A DNA stretch of 59,502 bases from a bacterium (lineage in GTDB: Bacteria > Patescibacteriota > Patescibacteriia > Magasanikbacterales > GWA2-37-8): contig JBDRCM010000002.1 of NCBI GenBank assembly GCA_043821725.1, positions 1 to 59,502 of the forward strand, written 5' to 3'. The translations under genes and the position numbers were made by a program. This document shows, one piece after another, positions 30,854 to 38,212 of the stretch (positions are counted from its first letter, which is position 1; each line of letters begins with the position of its first letter). The notes beneath the pieces are model-generated. The model did no database searches and had not been told where the DNA came from. It saw nothing but the letters and a program-made list of their open reading frames with translations.

Positions 30854-30973
30854 CTCATAAATTCGTGGCTTAACTTAGCCACGTTTTTTGTTTGACCGAG
30901 GGAGGAATCGAACCAAATATTCTATTTTCCGCTTAAATATGGTAAGATTAAGACTATAATTTATATCTATAAT

Positions 30974-32245
30974 ATGAGTAAACCAACAGAATTAAAACAT
31001 GGGTTACATGATGAGACTAAGGAGCAAGCTCTGCGCAGGCTTTCTGAAACAGTACGAAGTTCTGCGTTAGAAGGTAGAAAAGAAGTTTTTGATCGCTTAA
31101 CATCAAGAAATGCCCATAAAATTGCTGAAATGTCTAAAGAAAAACCAGTATTTTATGAGAATGACCCCACGGCCGAACAGAGTTCTTCTATCGATGATGA
31201 GATAGTTGATTCGTTGCCAGATGATTTTTTTACAAATCCGACTGAATGGATTGAGAGTAGGCCTAATATAAATCGTGGTTATGATATATTTAGTAGATTT
31301 GAAAATTTGCCTTATGGAGCAAGTATTGAAGAGTTATGGGAGCATCCATATGATGTGTCTAAAGTTAAAATAATAACTTTATCAAACGGCAAAATTATTA
31401 CTTCCAAGAGAATAAACGGACAAACTAGTGAGGTTGATAGAGCTAAAAAGGCCTTTCAGGCTGGAATACCAACCCCAAAGGTGTTGGGTGAGATCCATGA
31501 TAAAGGCAATTATTACGTTTGGTATGAATATATTCCAGCAAGAAATGTTGATTCCTTTTTGTGTGATAAAATAACATCTGAATTTTTATTAAGTTCATGT
31601 CCTATATCCACAACTAATGATAAACAATTTAAAGAACAGATGCTAGAAACAAGTGTTTCTATTTTTCTTGATGACGAGTCTAGCCAACAAAAACTACATG
31701 ATCTTTGGCTTAAATTTAAAGATCATATCATTCGAATAAATAGTGGTTATCACTTTTTAGGTGATTTGAGCAAATTTGTGTTAAATTGGGATAATACAAA
31801 AATAGGTGATTTTAAAGATAAAATGTTGTCATTATTTGGTGATGAAGACGAAGTATCTGCCTTTTTTATTTCACTTGGATATAGTAGTATTGATGATTTT
31901 ATAGATGTTTTGTTGCGTAGTAAAGAAAGAGGAGAGCATCAAGAGTTCTCGCATGAAATTATGAATAAATTAGAAAGAGATCCAAATAGAGAAGAGAGAG
32001 TGGGCATAGCTCAATTTGTAAGAGAATGGGATAATTTAATTTAAGTAGAATATTTTGGTTTTAATTTAAATGAAGAGATTGAACAATTAGAAAAAATGTG
32101 CGAACAGAAAGGAATAAAACACAAAGATTATAACAATCGTAATATTTTAGTAAGATGGGATTCTAGAAATTACAGGCCGTTAAAACCTAAAGAGAATGAA
32201 CCGCCACTTTATTTAATAGATTGGGAAGAAAAAGTGAATGAATAA
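30974..32245 (+). pseudogene. Protein-kinase-like (APH/Kdo/Bud32-type) gene with one in-frame TAA at 32042
   Basis: GIPTPKVL..YYVWYEYI N-lobe; frame stays open past the TAA and encodes HKDYNNRN (HxDxxxxN) and LIDWE up to TAA 32245. Confidence 0.8.
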
Positions 32246-32253
32246 CAAAATAA

Positions 32254-32426
32254 ATAGTGAGTAGCACTAGGGGGTAAAATTAACCCAGCTTTTGAATATA
32301 GATAAATTTAGTTGAATTTTTAATAATAGTTCCAACATCCTTTGCTATAGCCTGCTAAGCGGGATGAGTAGACTAAATAAGTCTACTTTTCTTTTTATTT
32401 TAGCCAAGAATCAATGGTTCGATAGT
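32254..32426 (+). repeat. Cassette junction 1: arm B - GCCTGCT - arm Y
   Basis: ATAGTGAGTAGCACTAGGGGGTAAA...AGTTCCAACATCCTTTGCTAT matches 35544-35637; right side (hairpin, T-run, AATCAA-GGTTCGATAGT) matches 33045-33109. Confidence 0.85.
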
Positions 32427-32573
32427 GATTTTAAATTTAAAATTAATTTGACTAAAGTTAGCAAAATCGTATCTCGTCCTTGTTCCCCCTCGAGCTGGGA
32501 ATCGAACTAAACAATACAATTCATATGGCTTTTTTTAGTTAATTTTGTTATCATTAGTAAAAGGAGGAACAAC

Positions 32574-32834
32574 ATGGCTGAAAAATGCATGTGTAGTGCC
32601 ACAGATATTGAAGCTTGTGTATGCGAAATTGATGTCGGCAAGGTTATGAAAGCCCTTGCCCAAGGTAAGGGGGTGCAGAAAATCCAGGAGGCGTGCTTGT
32701 TGATTCAAGGGGCTGTGTATGATGAAGAAAGTGATCCAGACGACCTCTCGCATCAGCTCCAAGATTTGAAGACAATAATTTGCACCTTGGAACGTCAAAT
32801 TCACTTTCGGCAGAAAGAGGAAAAGGAGGAGTAG
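32574..32834 (+). CDS. Hypothetical Cys-containing 86-aa protein
   Basis: Strong SD AAAGGAGGA 5 nt before ATG; followed by a long hairpin. Confidence 0.7.
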   Translation: MAEKCMCSATDIEACVCEIDVGKVMKALAQGKGVQKIQEACLLIQGAVYDEESDPDDLSHQLQDLKTIICTLERQIHFRQKEEKEE

Positions 32835-32976
32835 GATGGATAATGATAATCCTATTCGTGCAGGACCAAAACGAGGGACATCAGCATTCGTCCCTTCATA
32901 AGATTATATGTTAATATAGTTTTATGAAGGAGATAAAAACGGATGCTGTTTTGTTTTTTTACAAAATATCGTTTTA

Positions 32977-33109
32977 TCCAATATTCAAAATTTTTTCACT
33001 AAACCTAGCAAAAAAAGTTCGGTAGCTGTCCTTGTATGCCTGCTAAGTAGGACAAATAGGCTCAGATAGCCTATTTTTTTTGTATTAGTCAAAATCAAGG
33101 TTCGATAGT
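32977..33109 (+). repeat. Cassette junction 2: arm A - GCCTGCT - arm Y
   Basis: CACTAAACCTAGCAAAAAAAGTTCGGTAGCTGTCCTTGTAT-GCCTGCT matches junctions 3 and 5. Confidence 0.85.
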
Positions 33110-33135
33110 AATTTATATGTATCCACACAAAATAT

Positions 33136-33164
33136 TTGACAAGTTGTTAAAAATAAGATACACT
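33136..33164 (+). promoter_or_regulatory. Sigma70 promoter of the TA operon
   Basis: TTGACA-N17-TACACT. Confidence 0.7.
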
Positions 33165-33196
33165 TAGGTTACACCTTAATTATTAATTTAATATAT

Positions 33197-33445
33197 ATGA
33201 CTACAAAACTAATTGGCGTCAAAGAATTTCGTCAAAATATAACAACTCTATATAAACAAGCAACCAGAAATAATTGGCGTTTTATTGTTTTAAATCGTAA
33301 CCAGCCTATATTTAAAATTGAGCCATTAAACAAAGAGGACGCTATTTTAGAGAAATTAGCCATTGATATCGCTGAAGCCAGAGAAGATGTAAAAAAAGGT
33401 AGATTATTTACTGCTGATCAAATAAGAAAAGATCTTGGTTTATAA
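33197..33445 (+). CDS. Phd/YefM-type antitoxin
   Basis: IGVKEFRQN...FIVLNRNQP N-terminus; acidic C-terminus; upstream of a RelE-type toxin. Confidence 0.8.
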   Translation: MTTKLIGVKEFRQNITTLYKQATRNNWRFIVLNRNQPIFKIEPLNKEDAILEKLAIDIAEAREDVKKGRLFTADQIRKDLGL

Positions 33446-33452
33446 TTGTATT

Positions 33453-33722
33453 ATGAAATACCAATTGTTTTATACCTTAAAATCAAAAAAAGATTTATCT
33501 GGCTTGGATAAAAAGATTTCTATCAGAATATTGAATAAATTAGATTTTTTTGTTAATTCAGGCGAACCACTTAAATATGCTAAAAAGTTGTCTGACCATA
33601 AAACAGGTACTTATAGATTTAGAGTAGGAAATTATAGGGCAATATTTGATATTGATAAAAAAGGTAAAATAACAATCCTTTTAATCCTAAGAGTTAAACA
33701 CAGAAAAGAAGTTTATTTATAA
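33453..33722 (+). CDS. RelE/ParE-family toxin
   Basis: SKKDLSGLD, YRFRVGNYRAIF, VKHRKEVY. Confidence 0.9.
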   Translation: MKYQLFYTLKSKKDLSGLDKKISIRILNKLDFFVNSGEPLKYAKKLSDHKTGTYRFRVGNYRAIFDIDKKGKITILLILRVKHRKEVYL

Positions 33723-33946
33723 CCGATCTCAGCTCGAATAACTTCTGCCTTGGTTTTCTGGTCCATATCCATGGCTAATTTCAACTTTAGCATTTTTACT
33801 ACCGAGCGTTAATTATTTTATTAAAGGCGATAAGTCTAACGGAGCTATATTTCTTGTATCTGCTATGATTTTTTTAGTTGCGTTTTTTTATAAAAACTAA
33901 AGGAGAATAACAATTTAAAATAGTTATTAATTTTGATAAAAAATAT

Positions 33947-34162
33947 ATGGAAGAAAAAAAGAAATACAAAGCTCATCGCATAGATGTTAAAAGCAGTAAT
34001 ACGCAGGATTATTTGGAACAATTTTTAAATAATTTTGGTAGAGAAGTACTCACAATTATTCCAAATATCAAACCAACTTTTCAGCTCATGGGGGCTACAG
34101 CCAAGGTTGATTATTTATTGATCGTAGAAAAATTAGAAACTAGTTGGTCATCACAAGCTTAG
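33947..34162 (+). CDS. Hypothetical 71-aa protein
   Basis: Co-oriented ORF followed by a hairpin/T-run. Confidence 0.6.
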   Translation: MEEKKKYKAHRIDVKSSNTQDYLEQFLNNFGREVLTIIPNIKPTFQLMGATAKVDYLLIVEKLETSWSSQA

Positions 34163-34285
34163 AGCAAATAGTTTATGATTATTTAAAAAAAGGGATGTTA
34201 TTTTTTAATATCTCTTTTTTTATTTTCCCTCGTAAAGCTAACAGTGTATTTGTAATGATTTTATTAAGGTTATCCACACCCTTGC

Positions 34286-34315
34286 TTGACACCTATGTTA
34301 GAAATATATAACATA
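34286..34315 (+). promoter_or_regulatory. Sigma70 promoter with an overlapping palindromic operator
   Basis: TTGACA-N17-TAACAT; TATGTTA-N8-TAACATA palindrome, a likely XRE autoregulation site. Confidence 0.65.
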
Positions 34316-34346
34316 AAGTTATAAATAATTAACTTAATCATAAAAT

Positions 34347-34760
34347 ATGAATAAAGATAAAATAAAGCTTACAATATTAATCATTATATTTTCAGTGGTA
34401 TTTTTGACTTTTGGATTATGGGTGCGACAGGAGTGGAAAAACAGTATGTCGTTTACTTTATCAAATTTAGCTGTTCCATTCTTATTAGTTTTTATAGTTT
34501 TATTGATAATTCCAGTAATTTTGCGTAACTATAAAAGTATAAAACAGAATGTTCCGGTAGAGGATGAGAGATCAAAAAAAGCCACGATGAAAGCAGCTTC
34601 ATTAAGTTATTTTATTTCGATATATGTATTTTTAGCTATAGGTTGGCTGGGGGATGATTATTTTGAGAGAGCTTCTCAAGCAACAGGGCTTGGTATTGGG
34701 ATAATGGCTATCGTTTTTATTTTATTATTACTTTATTTTCAAAGAAGGGGTAAATTATAA
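34347..34760 (+). CDS. DUF2178-like membrane protein
   Basis: 4 TM segments and the EDERS...KAA..SY motif; paired with an XRE HTH gene. Confidence 0.75.
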   Translation: MNKDKIKLTILIIIFSVVFLTFGLWVRQEWKNSMSFTLSNLAVPFLLVFIVLLIIPVILRNYKSIKQNVPVEDERSKKATMKAASLSYFISIYVFLAIGWLGDDYFERASQATGLGIGIMAIVFILLLLYFQRRGKL

Positions 34761-34761
34761 T

Positions 34762-34956
34762 ATGGGAAATAAAATAAAAGAATTACGTGCGCGTTACAAT
34801 TTTACACAGGAGGAATTAGCTAAAAAAGTTGGTGTACGTCGTGAAACAATTGTTTTTTTAGAAAAAGATAAGTACAACCCTTCTCTTAAATTAGCTTACG
34901 ATATTTCTAAGGTACTTAAAGCTACAATTGAAGAAATTTTTTTTAATAAAAATTAA
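34762..34956 (+). CDS. XRE-family HTH transcriptional regulator
   Basis: NKIKELR...[31 protein letters not shown]. Confidence 0.93.
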   Translation: MGNKIKELRARYNFTQEELAKKVGVRRETIVFLEKDKYNPSLKLAYDISKVLKATIEEIFFNKN

Positions 34957-34962
34957 ATTAGT

Positions 34963-35093
34963 GTTTTAACACGTTTCCAAAATCCCCTCGCTAAAACTAG
35001 CAAAGAAAGTTCGGTAGCTGTCTCCGTATGCCTGCTGACAAATTCGTGGCTTAACTTAGGCACGTTTTTTGTTTAGGGGAGGAGGGAATCCAA
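34963..35093 (+). repeat. Cassette junction 3: arm A - GCCTGCT - arm X
   Basis: Right arm AAATTCGTGGCTTAACTTAGGCACGTTTTTGTTT is nearly identical to the sequence after tRNA-Trp (30859-30893). Confidence 0.85.
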
Positions 35094-35101
35094 TTAAATC
35101 A

Positions 35102-35254
35102 TTGACAATTAGACAAAATATATGTATGATACTGATAATATGAAGATCAAATTAATTCAATCAAGAAGCTATTATAACCGTTCTGACTTAGTGCGGTTGA
35201 TTTAGATTTATTTTTTAAAATAATAATACCGTCCTAAGTCAGGGCGGTTTTTTT
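35102..35254 (+). promoter_or_regulatory. Promoter + 21-aa leader peptide + transcription attenuator
   Basis: TTGACA-N17-TATGAT; ORF 35140-35205 MKIKLIQSRSYYNRSDLVRLI*; mutually complementary hairpins 35176-35198 and 35228-35248 followed by a T-run. Confidence 0.65.
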
Positions 35255-35361
35255 GTTGCTCATTAAAATAGTGATATAGCAATGTCTTTGCGAGAATATT
35301 TATTAAAGTATTCTTTCAATGGCCTTCCTATGGTGGGTAGGTCTGTAAAAGGAGAAAAAGG

Positions 35362-35451
35362 ATGAAAGTTAAATTGATGAAGGTGAATTGGGGGGTTTGT
35401 CTCCGTTGTGGTCGTTATCACATGAAGGGGACACAATACTGCTGGTATTAG
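35362..35451 (+). CDS. Putative 29-aa zinc-binding micro-protein
   Basis: SD AAGGAG; MKVKLMKVNWGVCLRCGRYHMKGTQYCWY* (CxxC-x3-H-x6-C); downstream AGGCCGAG/CTCGGCCT hairpin. Confidence 0.5.
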   Translation: MKVKLMKVNWGVCLRCGRYHMKGTQYCWY

Positions 35452-35543
35452 AGCCAGTAAAAGGTTAAGGCCGAGTACCTGATAATAAAATCTCGGCCTA
35501 GTACAAAAAGACATATAGAAAGGTGTTTTTTTGTTTCAAATAC

Positions 35544-35722
35544 ATAGTGAGTAACACTAGGGGGTAAATCACTTCAAGCTTGGAATAAAGATAAAACCCT
35601 TCTCATCCCTTAAAAAAGTTCCAACATCCTTTGCTATGGCCTGCTCCAGTTTTAACCAAAAATTTGGCTAACCTTAGCACCGCAAGACGGTGCTTTTTAG
35701 GTAGGGGGAGTAGGGAATCAAA
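35544..35722 (+). repeat. Cassette junction 4: arm B - GCCTGCT - arm Z
   Basis: Arm B as at 32254 with 95-96 bp to the core; right side has an AGCACCG/CGGTGCT terminator and a GGGAATCAAAC tail. Confidence 0.85.
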
Positions 35723-35823
35723 CTTTTGGATTTTTTTGTCTAGATATAGCTATTTTTTTTAGCAAATACTTGATTCATATACTCAATGTGTTAATATTAT
35801 TTTATAAATAAAATAATAAATCT

Positions 35824-36444
35824 ATGGGATTAGCAGTAGCCATAATATTATACTATACTTTCTGTGTTATTTATTTATCAGCCATTTTGTTTCCAATTAT
35901 ATTGCTGATATTTTTTAGGAAGCGTTTCAGTCTAAAAAATGTATTAAAGATATATTTCTTTGTTATTGTCCCCGTGCTTTTATTTTGGTTTATGATCAGC
36001 AAGCCATTATTTTGGCCTGATATAGATATTTTGAAATTAGAAAGAACAATAGATTGTCCGATGGAGTCCATAAATTTTGGTCCAGATCCATTAGTTCCTG
36101 GCACTGAAATAACTGGCTCGTATATAACAGGGCCGTCTCAAGTTTATAAAATATGGGAGAAACGATTTTGGAACAAGAAAGTTGATCTCGCCAAATGTAA
36201 AGGAGTAGATGCTAAAAAAGCATTAAAGCACCAGCGTGATGTACGGCTACAAACTAACATGGATAATCCAAAGTTGATTGGCTGGAGTGTATCTACTACA
36301 AAATTTGCTTTTGGAGAGCCTGAAAAAATAGAGGAAAAAGATGGTATGGAAAGATGGATATACTATCCTTGGGAAGAAAAAGGGCCTTGGTCGGTTTCAA
36401 TATATGTGAAAGATGGTAAAATTTATAAAATTGTTGGTGATTAA
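35824..36444 (+). CDS. Hypothetical membrane protein with a SmpA/BamE-like C-terminal motif
   Basis: Two N-terminal TMs; FGEPEKIEEKDGMERWIY resembles the G-x-P...W-x-Y fold motif. Confidence 0.65.
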   Translation: MGLAVAIILYYTFCVIYLSAILFPIILLIFFRKRFSLKNVLKIYFFVIVPVLLFWFMISKPLFWPDIDILKLERTIDCPMESINFGPDPLVPGTEITGSYITGPSQVYKIWEKRFWNKKVDLAKCKGVDAKKALKHQRDVRLQTNMDNPKLIGWSVSTTKFAFGEPEKIEEKDGMERWIYYPWEEKGPWSVSIYVKDGKIYKIVGD

Positions 36445-36521
36445 GTTTTTAACACGTTTCCAAAAATCCTTCACTATAAACCTAGCAAAAAAAGTTCGGT
36501 AGCCGTCCCTGTATGTCTATT
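36445..36521 (+). repeat. Cassette junction 5: arm A with degenerate core
   Basis: TTTTAACACGTTTCCAAAA...CTAGCAAAAAAAGTTCGGTAGCCGTCCCTGTAT followed by GTCTATT. Confidence 0.8.
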
Positions 36522-36654
36522 CAGGACTTATTTAAGCTAAAAAAGTAAATAAGTGAGTGTGTACGTTATAATTGAGCAACTTGAATTAAGGGTGTTTTTT
36601 TGATATTGTAGAGTGGTAAATATCTTACTGAAGTTAGTCATTGTTTAATATTTT

Positions 36655-38178
36655 ATGCCAAATACTTGGTTTTTAATGCAAGAATTTAATAAAGCCACAT
36701 ACTTTAATTGGGCAATGCAAATGCGCAATGCATCTTTGGGTTGGAAAGATGAATTTGGCATTGCTGGCTCTTTAACTGTTCAACATGATAATGTAATTGA
36801 GCTACATTTTCATCAACAACAATGGAGAATGATCGGGGAAATGGTTTGGAATAAAGTAAAAGTAAACCCACAATGGCTTGATGATATTACAACTGAAACA
36901 TATAAAAGGATAGATAATTTTTTTGTTTTTTTAAATAAATTAAAAGCTCAGAATTTAATGGTTGCAAGTAATGGGCAATTGTCGGATTTACTTACCGAGT
37001 TTGAACAACATCGTTATGAAATTCATATATATGGAGTAGTGGGTACAATTTTGGAATTTGATCATGAATTATTAAGTAAATATTTGCAGAATTATTTACA
37101 AGCGCAGGTAGAAAAAATTGGTAGCATCTTGTTAGTCAATCAAGCTTTTAGTACATTGACTACGTTTCATAAAGATACTTTTGTCCGGAAAGAAGAGAAG
37201 AGTATGCTTAAATTGGTTGAATATGCACAATCTACGGTAGGTCTTTTAAGGTTTATTTTAGAACAGCCAGACAAAAATATATTAGAAATTTTATCAAAAG
37301 AATATTCAGATTTTAATAAAAAATTTGAAGAACATTATGAAAATTTTTGTTGGATTCAATATCAACATGTTGGTCCAGCATGGAGTAGAGAATATTTTGT
37401 TGATATTTTACGATCGTTGCTTAAGCAAGGTATTAACCCGATAAACCAGATCAAAGATTTCACCGTTACGATAGATAATACTCAAAAAGAACAGGAAAAA
37501 ATAAGCAAAGAGTTAGAGTTTGATGACTATCACAAAAATATGTTTCGTTTGGCAAGGGAATTGTCTTTTGTAAAATCTCTGCGTAATGATTCTTTTTTTT
37601 GTGGTTTTTATATCATTGAACCATTGTTAAAAGAGATAGGCAAGAGGTTGGGATTGTCGTTATCACAAGTCAGAGTATGTTTACCCGGTGAAATACAGCA
37701 GGCATTGTCAACGGGCAATTATTCTGTGGATGATTTAAATAATAGGTTGGCATATTCTGTTTATGCAATCTTAGAGGGTAAAATATCAATATTAACGGGT
37801 CAAGCCGCAAAAGATTTGGTTAATAAAATTAAAGCATTAGAACCAAAAATTGAGCAGAGTAACGAGATCAAAGGGACCGTGGCTGTGCCAGGAAAAGTTA
37901 AAGGAATGGTTAAGGTGGTAAATGAAGTCGAGGATATACATAAAATGAAAGATGGCGATGTCTTAGTTTCCAATGCCACTTATCCCAGTTTAGTGTCTGC
38001 CATGAGAAAAGCCATAGCTATCATAACAGATTTAGGTGGTATAACTTCGCATGCGGCTATTATTTCGCGAGAGCTAAAAATTCCTTGCGTAGTTGGTACA
38101 AAAATAGCTACTAAAGTTTTGAAAGATGGCGATATTGTTGAGGTAGATGCTGATAATGGAATAGTGAGAAAAATATAG
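36655..38178 (+). CDS. PEP-utilising phospho-His swivel-domain protein (helical N-terminus)
   Basis: C-terminal IKGTVAVPGKVKG...TDLGGITSHAAIISRELKIPCVVG...VDADNG. Confidence 0.88.
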   Translation: MPNTWFLMQEFNKATYFNWAMQMRNASLGWKDEFGIAGSLTVQHDNVIELHFHQQQWRMIGEMVWNKVKVNPQWLDDITTETYKRIDNFFVFLNKLKAQNLMVASNGQLSDLLTEFEQHRYEIHIYGVVGTILEFDHELLSKYLQNYLQAQVEKIGSILLVNQAFSTLTTFHKDTFVRKEEKSMLKLVEYAQSTVGLLRFILEQPDKNILEILSKEYSDFNKKFEEHYENFCWIQYQHVGPAWSREYFVDILRSLLKQGINPINQIKDFTVTIDNTQKEQEKISKELEFDDYHKNMFRLARELSFVKSLRNDSFFCGFYIIEPLLKEIGKRLGLSLSQVRVCLPGEIQQALSTGNYSVDDLNNRLAYSVYAILEGKISILTGQAAKDLVNKIKALEPKIEQSNEIKGTVAVPGKVKGMVKVVNEVEDIHKMKDGDVLVSNATYPSLVSAMRKAIAIITDLGGITSHAAIISRELKIPCVVGTKIATKVLKDGDIVEVDADNGIVRKI

Positions 38179-38212
38179 TGAGCAAAGGCATTTTTTTGTT
38201 AGTATATTTAAT

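Larger units (their letters stand above)
30849..36521 (+). mobile_element. tRNA-Trp-anchored tandem array of gene cassettes delimited by GCCTGCT-core junction repeats
   Basis: GCCTGCT at 30849, 32350, 33038, 35030, 35639 and degenerate GTCTATT at 36515, each with conserved flanking arms; cargo is co-oriented accessory genes. Confidence 0.75.

Noticed and set aside
34270-34278. oriC
   Set aside because: Isolated DnaA boxes with no cluster and no dnaA/dnaN context
35263-35514. 83-aa minus-strand ORF in cassette 4
   Set aside because: Opposes the promoter, attenuator and SD-led plus-strand ORF; no recognisable motifs
30856-36521. Classical integron attC array
   Set aside because: No intI gene, and I see no RYYYAAC...GTTRRRY-bounded palindromes; the junction core derives from the tRNA end
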